DNA from: Candidatus Bathyarchaeota archaeon
GTDB lineage: Archaea > Thermoproteota > Bathyarchaeia > 40CM-2-53-6
DNA: 64,000 nucleotides
NCBI GenBank assembly: GCA_963835925.1
Contig: CAWIHH010000004.1
Coordinates: forward strand, 282,111 to 346,110
Reading direction: 5' to 3'
Positions 31,603 to 43,552 of this stretch are shown piece by piece. Positions within the stretch are counted from its first letter, which is position 1, and each line of letters opens with the position of its first letter. The notes beneath the pieces are model-generated. The model made no database searches and was not told where the DNA came from. It saw only the letters and a program-made list of their open reading frames with translations. The position numbers were made by a program, and so were the translations under genes.

Positions 31603-32397
31603 CTAAGCCGTGAGCGCCAAGACGCGTATATGATCGACGACATCGACACCTATGTCTGCAATCCGCTCAGCCCGATCGACCAGATCGCGGAAGAACAACA
31701 GTGTCTGCAGAGGCATTTTACTCGATAGCAATTCCATATCCAGGTTCCGTGACTCGATGTCGATCTGTCTCTCCAGATCTTCCACGACCTTCGCAGTTTC
31801 GACGGCTTTGTCGGCATCGAACGATAGCGAGTGAAGAGTTTCCCTGACTTTCGAGATCTCCTTCAGCACTGAACCCATCAAGTGCGACACTGCTTCCAGT
31901 CTTTTTGCGTCCAACTTCCACTTGAGGTCAACAGTGCCCATTAGCCTGAAGCCTATGGCCTCGCAATATTCGGCTACTTCTCCAAGCCTGAACAGGAGCC
32001 GGAGAAAATCCTCTCGGCTAATCAGTAGACTGCCTACAGATGCGACTTCATTAAGAAATGTATTCTTGTTCTTCTCGTTGTCTTCGAGTGTTTTGAGAAT
32101 ATTTTGGTAGCTTTCTTTCGCAAGTTTCGGTTTGTTTTCCGCCAGGTTATCCAGTAGGACTACCAATTGGCGAGTGATCTCAACCACGTTTCTGGCGTGG
32201 GTTTGGCATAGGTCAAGCATTCTGCGCCGAATGTTCGCTTCATTTTCGATTGGAAACGTCACGTGTTGCAACAACGCCTTTGGAACTATTATTGCAGAAC
32301 AGAACTTAAACCATAGCCCATTAACCGTCCAAATATCATTAGAATTACTCGTAGACGACTTTGACGGGGGCTCCAAGAGTGGAAAGAGCCACATCAC
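31603..32397 (-). CDS. DUF47/PhoU-like protein (putative phosphate-transport regulator family)
   Basis: It is helical, with the C-terminal motif RIADIGVDVVDHIRVLAL. The likely true start is the internal Met near 32220, because the listed start overlaps glyS. Confidence 0.5.
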   Translation of the reverse strand: MMWLFPLLEPPSKSSTSNSNDIWTVNGLWFKFCSAIIVPKALLQHVTFPIENEANIRRRMLDLCQTHARNVVEITRQLVVLLDNLAENKPKLAKESYQNILKTLEDNEKNKNTFLNEVASVGSLLISREDFLRLLFRLGEVAEYCEAIGFRLMGTVDLKWKLDAKRLEAVSHLMGSVLKEISKVRETLHSLSFDADKAVETAKVVEDLERQIDIESRNLDMELLSSKMPLQTLLFFRDLVDRAERIADIGVDVVDHIRVLALTA

Positions 32398-34114
32398 CCT
32401 TTAGAAAGCGCCCCACCAATTCTGGAAGCGCTCTCCAATCGTTCCTAACCTGCAGCCAGGTGTCCCTATCTCGGAGGGTGACTGTTTGGTCCTTGATGGT
32501 TTGATAATCGACCGTGATAGAAAGGGGGACGCCTATTTCGTCAGCACGTGCGTAACGCTTACCGATTGTCCCAGCCTCGTCATATTCCACATCAAAGCCC
32601 CCAATTGCCAGAGAATCCGTTATGTCTCTAGCAATTTTCGGAAGTCCGTCTTTCGCCATCAGAGGGAAAACGGTCAGTTGCAATGGTGCCAACTGGCGTG
32701 GAATCTTCAGAACGATCCTGTCCTTGGCGCGAGAATAGGAATATTCCAACGTTGAATAGACTATTCTCTCCGCTCCGAAGCTCGGTTCAACGACGTGTGG
32801 AATGAAACGTCTACCAGTTTCTCGAATCGTACGATCTTCCAAACGTACATGGGATGGGAGAATCTTAAACCCTTGAATTTCGAAGTACCCCACCTCGTTG
32901 AAGGCCGTTCTCAATTCTTCAGGACTTGTCAAGGCCAATTCCTGAAGCACAGGGGTAGTCTTTTCTCGCAAAAGGGGTCCCAAGAGGGATCCGATTGGGA
33001 CGACCACGGTTGCCTTTCTCTCGACGGGGGTGGAAAACGGTTCGAACACGGATAAATCGACGCCTGAACCCTTCATGTGCGCTGAAAGATCGAAATCTGT
33101 TCGACACGCGTGTCCGGCTATCTCAACCCAACCCCACCGGTCGAGCCAAATCTGATGGTCGAAGGTCTGTGCAGAATAGTGCGATCGCTCCGTAGGAAGC
33201 TTCTCTTCGAATCGTTGTTTGTCAGCCGGTATGCCCAGCGAATTGGCAAACTTGACGGACAGTGCCATGAAATAGGCCAACCAATCATATTTCACAAATC
33301 CTCGACTGGATGCTTCCACTGCAGGGACCATCGTAAGCTGGATGTGATTCTGCTCCCGATCCTTCGCGAGAATTAGTGGCAACCGAATATCTTTGACCCA
33401 CTCCATGTATTCACATTCTCGCTCCTTGGGGTCAAAGAAGAATTCCAATTCCATGATCGTGAATTCCCGAAGTCGGATAGGGCCTTGCCTGGGGGAGATC
33501 TCATTTCTCATGACTGTGCCAATTTGCGCTATCCCCAACGGGAGTTTCCCCCTGCTAGTATCGTAGACTCGCTTGAAGTCTACGAACATCCCCTGCGCCG
33601 CTTCCGGTCTGGCATAGCCGACAACATCACCATATGGCCCAATATTCGTCCTAAACATGGTTGAGAAGTACTCCGAACGGCTCAGCGGTCCTCCACACTC
33701 CGGGCAACGAATCCGATTCTCTTGGATGAACTTGTCAATTTCCAGATCCGACATAGCCTCGATCGCCAGATCAGTGCGACCCGGCATTGCCTCCGTTATC
33801 ACATGGTCCGCTTTGAAATGGCGATGACATTGATCACACGTAACCATCAGATCCTTGAAGTGCTCAATGTGGCCTGATGCCATGAACACACGCTCAGGCG
33901 TAATCACAGGGCTAGATATTGCCGCGAACCCGTGTTGATAGACAAAGAGTTGCAACCAACGATCTTCAATACGTCTCTTCATCCTCGTGCCCAGTGGACC
34001 AAGGTCCATGTAACCGCTGACGCCTCCATAGATCTCAAATGAAGGCCAAAAGAAGCCTCGCCGCTTGGCTAGATCCGATAGCAATTCGTACTTGTCTATG
34101 CCGCTCAAATTCAC
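32345..34114 (-). CDS. glyS: glycyl-tRNA synthetase, archaeal/eukaryotic type
   Basis: Intact 589 aa ORF. SFEIYGGVSGYMDLGPLG is the hallmark of eukaryote-like GlyRS. Confidence 0.9.
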   Translation of the reverse strand: MNLSGIDKYELLSDLAKRRGFFWPSFEIYGGVSGYMDLGPLGTRMKRRIEDRWLQLFVYQHGFAAISSPVITPERVFMASGHIEHFKDLMVTCDQCHRHFKADHVITEAMPGRTDLAIEAMSDLEIDKFIQENRIRCPECGGPLSRSEYFSTMFRTNIGPYGDVVGYARPEAAQGMFVDFKRVYDTSRGKLPLGIAQIGTVMRNEISPRQGPIRLREFTIMELEFFFDPKERECEYMEWVKDIRLPLILAKDREQNHIQLTMVPAVEASSRGFVKYDWLAYFMALSVKFANSLGIPADKQRFEEKLPTERSHYSAQTFDHQIWLDRWGWVEIAGHACRTDFDLSAHMKGSGVDLSVFEPFSTPVERKATVVVPIGSLLGPLLREKTTPVLQELALTSPEELRTAFNEVGYFEIQGFKILPSHVRLEDRTIRETGRRFIPHVVEPSFGAERIVYSTLEYSYSRAKDRIVLKIPRQLAPLQLTVFPLMAKDGLPKIARDITDSLAIGGFDVEYDEAGTIGKRYARADEIGVPLSITVDYQTIKDQTVTLRDRDTWLQVRNDWRALPELVGRFLKGDVALSTLGAPVKVVYE

Positions 34115-34349
34115 AGGTCCTCAGTTTGCGCTGGTGAAAGCGAGACTTGACGAGTCGAATAAAATAGTCTTACCTTTTGCATGAACCTGACATTGGGTGT
34201 AGTTTCTGACCTCGAATTCGCAGTAGGCCATTTTCACCGGACTTGCTTTTCTGCGCTCACTTTCGGAACGCTGTCACTTTTTTCCCATCTCTTCCCTAGA
34301 GAGTTCAGTACTGTATCATAAGCAAAGCTGAATCGACACCTATGAATTG

Positions 34350-35153
34350 TCACCTTCCCTTTGAAGGATCTCTGATCCTCAACGGTGCTCCCTTTCTCTT
34401 CGGAGGAGCAACAACCATTCTCCTTAGCCTCTGAATCGCAAGTGCTGGGTCCACCCCCTTTGGACATACAAACGAACATGCTCCAGCGAAATGACACCTC
34501 CAAATCCCATGCGTATCATCAAGAACGCCTAGTCTCTCATGAACTCCCTCATCGCGCGAATCTGACATGTACCTGTAGGCCTGTCCCAATGCCTGGGGCC
34601 CGATGAACTTCGCATCGCTCGCGACCGTGGGACAGGCTGCATTGCAGAGCCCGCACTTTATGCAATATGAGAACTGAAGAAAATCATCCAGTTCTCGCGG
34701 GCTTTGAACATATTCCGTTTCAGTTGACTGCTGCTCTGCCTCGTCTCTCCTAAATATGTACGGTTTCACGGATTGGTGTTTCTCGAAGAAACCCTGAAAG
34801 CGGGTTACCAAGTCTCGTATGAGTGGGTAATGAGCTAGTGGTTCTACGGTTACGGTCCCGGAGCAGAGCTCTGTGACTTGCGTGTAGCAAGCGAGCCGAG
34901 GCAGCCCGTTGATTCTCATTCCACATGAGCCGCATGACGCCATCCTGCAGGAGTACCGGATCGCAATTGAATGGTCGAGTTTCTCCTTGGCGTAGAGTAG
35001 GGCGCCCAGGACGGTCATACCTGGCTCCATGGGGATTTGAAAAGCCTGATAGCAGGTGCGATTGTTTTCTGCTGGATTTTCACGGAAAACCCTCAATGTG
35101 AATGATTTTTGCTGCGGTCCGGCTGAGTGAACGGTCTGCATGTCGGTCAACAA
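34350..35153 (-). CDS. sdhB: succinate dehydrogenase/fumarate reductase iron-sulfur subunit
   Basis: The protein has three Cys clusters: CRMASCGSCGMRINGLPRLAC, CIKCGLCNAACP and CHFAGACSFVCPKG. Confidence 0.85.
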   Translation of the reverse strand: MLTDMQTVHSAGPQQKSFTLRVFRENPAENNRTCYQAFQIPMEPGMTVLGALLYAKEKLDHSIAIRYSCRMASCGSCGMRINGLPRLACYTQVTELCSGTVTVEPLAHYPLIRDLVTRFQGFFEKHQSVKPYIFRRDEAEQQSTETEYVQSPRELDDFLQFSYCIKCGLCNAACPTVASDAKFIGPQALGQAYRYMSDSRDEGVHERLGVLDDTHGIWRCHFAGACSFVCPKGVDPALAIQRLRRMVVAPPKRKGAPLRIRDPSKGR

Positions 35154-35156
35154 CTT

Positions 35157-36981
35157 TCAGTAGTGCCGTTCTGTTGGAGTGTACTTAGTAATCGTTACGG
35201 GGGAGTATTCAAGACGGGGACCGGCGGGGGAGAGGTAAGCGAGTGTATGTTTGAGCCAATTCTGGTCGTCTCTTTTTGGAAAATCTATTCTAGCGTGAGC
35301 GCCTCTTGACTCGGTTCTCGCAAGAGCTCCGACCAGAACGATTTCCGCAACGTCGAACATCGTTTCAAGTTCGAGCACATTGATGAAATTGGTATTGTAT
35401 TCCTTCGCTTGATCGTCCACATGCCTGTACGCTTTCTTGTGAAGCTCTCGCAACTCCTTTAGTCCGGTTGCTAGGCCTTCTCCAGAACGGTAAACGTAGG
35501 CAGACCTATCCATTATCGTCTGGATTTCGTTGTGTATCTCGTAGGGGTTTTCTGTTCCACTTCCGTGAAGTATTTCGTCGAAGAGGCGCTTCTCCTCCCT
35601 GGTCAAAGCCCCTTTTTCTATCGTAGGAGCGGGGCCTGAGAGTGCGTGCATTGCAGCATCTGCTCCGGCTTGCGCTCCGAACACTAAACATTCTGCGGTT
35701 GAATTTGCTCCAAGTCTGTTTGCGCCATTGATACTGACACATGCTGCTTCGCCTGCTGACCAGAGGCCTCCAATAGGAGTCTCAGCCTTCATGTTGGTTC
35801 TTATCCCTCCCATCGTGTAATGACATACAGGTCTGACAGGTAATGGTTCGTCGATGGGATCGATTCCCTTGAATTTAATCGCAATCTCTCTAATTGCCGA
35901 AAGTCGCTCTTTGATTTTTTCGGCGCCGAGATGGCGTAAATCGAGAAGAAGGTGAGCCATTCCAGTCTCGGGATCCTTTAGACCTCGACCTTCCTGGATT
36001 TCCGTAATCATGGCTCGGGAGACCACGTCTCGCGACGCTAGGTCCTGTTTCTCAGGCGCGTATTTTTTCATGAAACGCTCTCCCTCACTGTTAATCAATA
36101 CAGCTCCGTCTCCTCTTGCCCCTTCAGTGATGAGAACGCCTGACGGGATCAAGCCGGTCGGATGAAATTGAACAAACTCCATGTCTTCTATGGGGGCTCC
36201 TGCTCGATAGGCCAGAGAGAGACCGTCGGGCGTTGATGAATACCCGTAGGTTGCAAATCGGTAAAGCCTTCCAGCACCACCAGTTGCAACTATCCCTGCT
36301 TTGGCGGTGAACGCGGAGACCTCTCCGTTCTTCAAGTCGATAGCGGTTACTCCCTGGAAGATTCCGTGGTCAACTAACAGTGAAGTCTGCGTAGTATTCT
36401 TGGAAGAAGTGAATATTATCATACTTGCGGGTTGTGTCGTATAGTGTCTGCATCTCGAAGAACCCCACTCTGTCTGCTGCGAAGGTAGCTCGCGGATAGC
36501 TGTAGCCGCCGAAGTTTCGTTGCGCTATTCGACAATCTTCTGTTCTAGACCATGGCATTCCCCAGTGTTCAAGAAGGTAGATCTCAGCGGGCATCGCGTT
36601 TGCGAAGAATTCAACCGCATCTTGATCAGCTAAGAAGTCGCTTCCCTTGATCGTGTCGAAGATATGGGACTCGATAGAGTCTCCTTTATCTGGGTAAAGG
36701 ACTGCTGCAGTGCCGCCTTCCGCTGAAACTGAATGGGAACGCATCGCCTGCACTTTCGTAATGACCGCAATGTCACACTTTCCTTTCGAAACGCGAGCGG
36801 CTTCGATGGCTGCGCGCAGACCAGCTATGCCTGACCCAACTATTACAAGATCATGCGATGAAATCTCAGTCAAGCCGAGCAACCTCACTTCCAGTGTCCT
36901 ATTTTTGTCATGCCCAACATTCCGCGCATATAAGCATGAATCCTGCGCCGTAACTAGAAACCCAGAAAAAGTAACTAACAT
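35157..36981 (-). CDS. sdhA: succinate dehydrogenase flavoprotein subunit (frameshift at about 36370-36420)
   Basis: The FAD site is HDLVIVGSGIAGLRAAIEA with SHSVSAEGG. The C-terminal ORF carries the catalytic HPTG and the R...H regions. The likely start is the TTG near 36873 (TEISSHDLVIVG). Confidence 0.85.
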
Positions 36982-37020
36982 AACGATAGTGGCTAGGCGC
37001 CACGGTGGAGAGAGTCGTAG

Positions 37021-38058
37021 ATGATAAGGCCAACTCTTTACAGGATTTCCACCCTGGCCATTGGTGTAACGGCGCTAGGGTTGTTCATCTACGTAATCGG
37101 CTTAGACGAGTTGAGGAAAGTCATACTCCAAGTGGACCCCGCTGTCATGATTCTCATGACCGGAATCCAGCTGCTCGGTCTAATTTTCTACGCTTCCGCA
37201 TGGTTCATGCTAATCCAAGCGACCGGGCACAGAATTCGATTTCTGACGTGCCAAGGAATCTCGTTTGCCAGTATCTTCGCGAGCTACACCTTACCCAGCG
37301 GCATCTTCCTTGAGGCAATGCGTGTCGTTCTTGGGTCGAAAGAGTCTGGCATGAAACTCGGAGAGTCAACGGCCACAGTGATCTTTCACAGGATTCTCTA
37401 CATATTGGGCTTTCTGGGAAGTACCTCTATTGCACTGCTCGCACTCATCATCGGGCGTCAGATCATTTCCTCCGCAGTCATCGACCTATCCATCTTGCCT
37501 GCACTTGCAATTGGAGGACTGACCATAGTCCTCTACCTATCGCTTCGACCCAAACGATTGCAACCACTCCTCGAACGTGTTCTCAAACTGGCCCAGCCCC
37601 TGATCAAAGTTATCCAAAGTGAAACAAGCCCAGATGAAAAAGCCGACCAATTCCTTAGCGACTATCAACAAGGCTTTCGTAAAATGCTCTCATCGAAAAA
37701 ATACACTGCCGCGTCCTTCCTAGCAAGCTTAGGTGATTGGGGATGCTCGGTACTGACCCTCTGGGTAGTGCTCGCCTCCCTCGGGGTTAATCTTACTTTT
37801 TTGGTGGTGGTCATCAGTATGGGCGTGGGAAAGATGATTCAAATGACCCCCATCGCCGTTCCCGGAATGCTTGGAATTTACGAAGCTGCGATAACCACGT
37901 CACTCGTTTTGTTCGGAGTACCCGTTGCGATCGGGGCCTCAGCCGCAATTCTAATGAGAATCATCACTTTCTGGCTGGACCTACCCGTCACAGGCTTGCC
38001 GGCGTACCACTATGGCTTCAAATGGCTCGGCAAGCGAACGCTGCTCCCCCGCTCATGA
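37021..38058 (+). CDS. flippase-like (MprF transmembrane-domain-like, UPF0104) integral membrane protein
   Basis: 345 aa polytopic protein. It is a paralog of 43553-44519. Confidence 0.55.
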   Translation: MIRPTLYRISTLAIGVTALGLFIYVIGLDELRKVILQVDPAVMILMTGIQLLGLIFYASAWFMLIQATGHRIRFLTCQGISFASIFASYTLPSGIFLEAMRVVLGSKESGMKLGESTATVIFHRILYILGFLGSTSIALLALIIGRQIISSAVIDLSILPALAIGGLTIVLYLSLRPKRLQPLLERVLKLAQPLIKVIQSETSPDEKADQFLSDYQQGFRKMLSSKKYTAASFLASLGDWGCSVLTLWVVLASLGVNLTFLVVVISMGVGKMIQMTPIAVPGMLGIYEAAITTSLVLFGVPVAIGASAAILMRIITFWLDLPVTGLPAYHYGFKWLGKRTLLPRS

Positions 38059-38444
38059 ACTAGTTTCAAGAGCTGCGCCAGTTAAATGCAGAGCCGGTTA
38101 CGGCGCTGCTCACAGCTGGAACAGAACATGGAACTGAAGTTTCATGGAAGGCGGTTAACTGTTTCTAGAGATCTAGATTAGAGCTTCCGAGCCTAGAACT
38201 AAGGCGAGGTCTAACGTGCTTTGACACGCTTCACTATCGGAGGTCGGATTTCCGTAGCACGCGGTATCCGCAATAGGGGCATTTGATTTCAGGAGTCATT
38301 GACAATTGATCAGCCGTAAGGTGCTGCCCGCAACTGATGCACTCGTACATTATCCCTGCAGGACGTTGTTCGGACTCCTCAGACATTTTGCAAACCGCCT
38401 CCAGACATTCTGGGACTCCAATTAAACCTTTGCAGAGTCAACAG

Positions 38445-39663
38445 CTAGGTATGTCGTCTGATGAAATCATCAATCGCATCGTATGCCTCATTCAGCATGC
38501 TCTCTTCTGGCAGGAAGACTGCTCTGAAGTGGTCCTTTCCATAGGTGGAATCAAACCCCGAACCGTGAACAACCAAAACCCCAGTCTCTTTCAGCAGATC
38601 GCTAACGAACTCCGCGTCATCGTTCCACTTCGTCCCAAGGCAGTTGATTTTGGGAAAAATGTAGAATGCACCCTCAGGTTTCGCCGCACTGAGCCCTGAG
38701 ATTTCATTGACTCGTTTCAATGAAAAGTCTCGACGGCGTTTCAGTTTTGATACCATATCGCCGATGTGATCCTGCGGACCTCGTAACGCCTCCACGGCGG
38801 CAATCTGTGCCGGAGTGCTCGCACAAAGCCTTACTCGAGAAAGCCGCTGGATACCATCCCAAACGTCCGCCAGCCTTCCTGCCGGGTCCTGAATGTAGAG
38901 ATATCCAAGCCGCCATCCTGTCATCAAGTACGCCTTCGAGAACCCGTTCAACCCTATCAGCGGGACGTCTCTTGCCAACGAAGCGACACTGGAGAACTTT
39001 GCGTCATAGAGGATCCTGTCATATATTTCGTCGGCAGCGACTGGAATGTTGTGGGCGGCAGCCAATTCCAGAATCCTGAACGATATCGTCTCTTGAGTAT
39101 ACAGAGCCCGTAGGATTGCTTGGATTGATTATAACGATAAGCTGCGTTCGCTCGGTGATCTTGCTTTCCAAGTCGACCAGGTCAGGCGCCCACCCCCTTT
39201 CTTCAATTGTACTATACGTTACAGGGGTACCTTCGAAGAACTTGGCATACGCTAAGTAGGGAGGGTAAGAGGGGCCGGGCATCAGAACATCATCTCCAGG
39301 GTTCACAATAGCAGCCATCAGGAAGAGTATGGCCTCCGAAATCCCGCTGGTGATTATGACCTTGTCCGCATCAATTTGCGCTCCATTCACGCGCCTCTCT
39401 TTCTCAGCAACCGCTTCGCGAAGTTCCTTAATTCCTTCAGAAGGGGAGTAGTAATTCGAACCGTTCTCGACCGCCGTCTCCAATGCGTGTCTTATGTGTG
39501 GAGGAGTCTCGAAACCGTATTTGACTGGGTCGCCAATATTCAAGTATAGGATTCTCTTGCCGCTTCGCCTAAGCTCTTCCGCCTTCACCATCACATCGCG
39601 AATTGCGTACTCGACCCCCCGCGCTCTCTTCGAGGCTTGGGAACCAAGCTGCAAAACCTGCAC
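38445..39663 (-). CDS. class I/II pyridoxal-phosphate aminotransferase (alanine/aspartate aminotransferase-like), frameshift at about 39030
   Basis: ILYLNIGDP, the PLP Lys region NGFSKAYLMTGWRLGY and the C-terminal domain are found across 2 ORFs. Confidence 0.8.
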
Positions 39664-39764
39664 CCGAGTCCCGTATTGCAGACGTGTTTAATATGGTTCT
39701 CACTCATTCCACGAATCAAAATCATCGGAGCCGCGACTTCTGAGCCGAGCCTCTAATCGTTCAG

Positions 39765-42119
39765 CTATTTGACCTGACTCATCGGGTTAGGCAGCTGCTG
39801 TTCCGTTTCTTCCTTTGGGGCTATTTCGCGCTGGCTCCTTCTGTAAGCCCAGCCTACCAACGCGATCAGCAGCACCGCCACAAACCAAGGCGCCCAGCCA
39901 GGCTTCGCAGCGACAAGGATTGGTGCTATGATCAGCGAGATTAGGTTAACCACCTTGACCATCGGATTCAGAGCAGGACCCGCAGTATCCTTCAGGGGAT
40001 CGCCGACGGTGTCTCCGACGACGCTAGCCTTGTGGCGGTCGCTGCCTTTGCCTGTGTTGGCCGCCAGGTTGCGAGGCTCGTCTTCGATAGTTTTCTTCGC
40101 ATTGTCCCAAGCCCCTCCAGCATTAGCCATGAAAACAGCCAGCAACTGTCCGGACACTATGATCCCGGCCAGGAAACCGCCTAATGCTTCCACCTGCAGC
40201 GTCAGACCCACAATGATTGGTACGACCATTGCAATTACTGCAAGTGGCACAAGCTCCTTCTGTGCGGATAGCGTGGAAATGGTCACCACATTCCTGTAAT
40301 CAGGCGCCACCGTGCCTTCCATCACGCCTGGAATTCGGAATTGACGGCGTACTTCATCCACAATTAGGTTTGCAGCGCGCGATACGGCCCTTATAGATAA
40401 GGAGCTGAACATCCAAGGCAAGGCTCCACCAAGTAATAGACCGATGAAGACTGGGATTTCAGATACGCTGATACTCTTCAGGCCTACCGCCGTGATATAT
40501 GAGGCGAACAGTGACACTGCTGCGATTACTGCCGACGCGATGGCGATGCCCTTCGTGATGGCCTTAGTCGTATTGCCTACTGCATCGAGGTCGGCCATTA
40601 TTTGGCGACCCTTCTTCGTCTCATCGTCAACTAGGTCATGCCAGGCCATTTCGCCGATGCCGTTGGCGTTGTCACTGATTGGGCCGAAGGAGTCCATGGC
40701 CAGATTGTTGCCTGTTTGACTTAGCATGCCGATCCCGATCATAGCGATAGCGTAGAGCGTGAACACTCCAGTTGACGGAGGATAGAGTATCATTGCTAGG
40801 ATTATAGCTACGACAATTAACACGACCGCCCATACGGAAGACTCCAAACCGCTCGCAAGGCCTGTCAAGATAGTTGTCGCTGGTCCTGCTCTCGTGGATT
40901 TGACAATCCCTTTCACTGGTGCTTTGTCCGTGGCCGTGAAGTAGGATGTGAGCGGGTTAAAGCCCACAGCCAATCCAACTCCGATTGCTATCAGTGCTCC
41001 GAGCCGCCAGTCACCCGCGTAGAGAATGGCGACTACAAATGACCAGAAGATCGAGTTGACGCTGGACACTTCGTAGGATCGAAACATTGCGTCTTCGGCG
41101 TTTCGAGCCCGTAAGAATTTGATCGGGAATTTTGCCCAAATCGGCACTGAGAAGGTGCCAATAATCGATGAGATTACTCCAATGCCACGAATAATGAGAG
41201 GGAATAAAATCCATTTCAGACTGTGCGTTGGATCAAGTGTCATCAATGCCAAACCAAGTATCAGGGCTGAGACAATGGTGACTTCATAGGATTCGAAGAT
41301 GTCGGCCGCCATTCCAGCGCAGTCTCCCACGTTGTCACCTACTAGATCTGCGACTACAGCGGCGTTACGCGGATCGTCTTCAGGGATGTCTTTTTCAACC
41401 TTCCCAACTAGGTCTGCCCCTACATCGGCAGCCTTTGTGAATATGCCTCCCCCAACTCGCATGAACAGTGCAAGGAGTGTTCCCCCAAAACCGAATCCCA
41501 GCAGTGCGTCGGGTGCAGCTCGACCGAATATAATGAATATTGAAGTACCCCCGAGCAGGCCTAGACCGTCGGTCAGCATTCCTGTTATTGTGCCTGCGTA
41601 GTAGGCAATGGATAGCGCTTCATTGAAACCCCGTCGTGAGGCAGAGGCGACGCGCACATTTGCCTGAACGGCCATGCGCATGCCGAATTGACCGACGATG
41701 AGACTGAATGATGCACCTAGTACGAAAGCAAGCCATGCGGCCGACGGCGATGACTATTTGAGCATTGTTTCCGAATACGTCGACTGCTTCTGGAGTTGGG
41801 TGAACAACGTACACGCTGAGGAAGAGCCCGACGGCCAAAACGCCGATCAGCGGCAAGATGGTTCGCAGCTGGCGTGCTCAGATAGGCGTCGGCCCCAACC
41901 CTAATGGCGTTCCATACCTCTTGCATCTTGGCGGTGCCCATGTCCTTCTTGATGACTCCTGATCGCAGCCAGAGTGCATACAGTAGGCTGATTATCGCGA
42001 TTCCGATTATTCCCCAAGGAGCTACGGTTTCAAAGGTCCCTAATCCTGTGCCGCTGATAATTGGTCTCCACTCCGTATTCCCGCAGTTGACTTGAATTGT
42101 CCGTTGGCGAAGAGTACAT
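39765..42119 (-). CDS. hppA: membrane-bound H+-translocating pyrophosphatase (frameshifts in the N-terminal region)
   Basis: GGIFTKAADVGADLVGKVE and DNVGDCAGMAADIFESYEVT are H+-PPase signatures. The N-terminal MGTAKMQEVWNAIRVGADAYL is in another frame. Confidence 0.85.
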
Positions 42120-42120
42120 A

Positions 42121-42130
42121 TTATTTAAGG
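42121..42130 (+). promoter_or_regulatory. TATA-like TTATTTAAGG, 26 nt upstream of the cofE ATG
   Basis: Read directly from the sequence. The spacing fits a leaderless archaeal promoter. It also lies in the divergent hppA upstream region. Confidence 0.35.
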
Positions 42131-42155
42131 ATGTAGGTGCCGAGGCGAACGTCAA

Positions 42156-42965
42156 GTGACAAGAAACGAAGAGAGTGCATCAGAATTGGCGAGAACAATT
42201 TCGATCTACGGATTAGAGAAGATTCCCCTGATCAATCCTGGTGATGATGCGGCTCAATTGATCATGGACGCGATGAAAGTTGAGGGTTTAGAGTTGATGG
42301 ATGGACGATATCGTGGTTGTCTCGCAAAAGATAGTTTCGAAAGCGGAGGACCTCCTCGTCGATATCTCAGACATCAAACCACGCCGAAGATCCAAGTTTC
42401 ATTTCGAAACGAACTAAGAAGGATGCAAGATTGATTGAACTGATTATGAGAGATTCGGTGAAAGTAATCCGTGCCGACCGACAGGCCCTAGTGGTACGAA
42501 GAAAAGATGGATTTGTCTGCCTCAATGCCGGAGTAGACAAATCGAACGTCGACTGGGCGAACGGTTTACACGCGACTTCCGGAAGACGCGGATACTTCCG
42601 CGAGAAGCTGAGAAAGCGACTTGAAGAGCTTTCGGGAAAGGAGACTTGGTGTCATAGTTGCCGACACCTATAGTCGCCCCTTGAGAGTGGGGCAGGTTGA
42701 GTTTGCCATAGGAGTTTCAGGGATCGAGCCGATTACGGATTATAGAGGTCAGAAGGATCTCTTCGGATATGAATTGAAGTACAAGTTCGTAGCGATCGCT
42801 GATGAGGTGGCGGCTGCTGCTGAGCTCGTTATGGGACAGGGAACTGAGAAGGTGCCAGTTGCGGTGGTCAGAGGTCTCAATCGCATGGAAAGAACGCAAG
42901 CTCATGGTCTTTCAAGAAAGTTGCTTCTAGGAAGACAAGCTGACTTATTTACCAAAACCAAATGA
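42156..42965 (+). CDS. cofE: coenzyme F420-0:gamma-glutamyl ligase (2 frameshifts)
   Basis: LEKIPLINPGDD, RKDGFVCLNAGVDKSNV and IVADTYSRPLRVGQVEFAIGVSG...VAIADEVAAAAELVMGQGTEKVPVAVVRG are spread over 3 ORFs. Confidence 0.75.
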
Positions 42966-43067
42966 AACCATAACCTTGGTGGCGAAGAGTTTCAAGTTCC
43001 GACTGTTGTCAGGTCTGCGAGCTGTTTCGGTCCGCAGCCCTAGTCGCTGACTGTAATTGCTAGAAGA

Positions 43068-43370
43068 TTGTTGGAAACAAGAGAGATTGATGCCACTTTC
43101 AAATCCGGCAGTAGTTCATGTTCTTCAGAAACCAACATGATTGGGAAAGACATTTATCGGTTTAACATGATGCTTCATTTTGAAGTTGAGATGAGCACGA
43201 ACGCTCCCGCTAATGGCGATTCCACGCCTGTCCAGAAGGGTGAAGATGACAAGTACCTCGTAGACATATTCACGCCGCCCAAAGCCCTCCCGTCGCCTAA
43301 GGAATCATTGGAGGCAGTCAAGGGCTCAGTCAAAGGCAAGATGCTAGCCCGCATGAAGAAGGACGGGTAG
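43068..43370 (+). CDS. hypothetical protein (100 aa)
   Basis: ORF track only. No motif was recognised. Confidence 0.25.
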   Translation: MLETREIDATFKSGSSSCSSETNMIGKDIYRFNMMLHFEVEMSTNAPANGDSTPVQKGEDDKYLVDIFTPPKALPSPKESLEAVKGSVKGKMLARMKKDG

Positions 43371-43552
43371 ACTGCCCTGTCAAGCTGAAGGCCGTGTCCT
43401 TCCTTGAATGTTTCACCTGTCCGAATTTCAATCGGAGGGTCAGGGGAAAGGTTGGCTGCAGAGGTCTTCCTCTTGCGCCCAAGCAGTAATCTTGACTACG
43501 GTGAGAAAATATACGACCTCTGAGGGGTGGGCTGCGCCTACTCTCGCAACTC

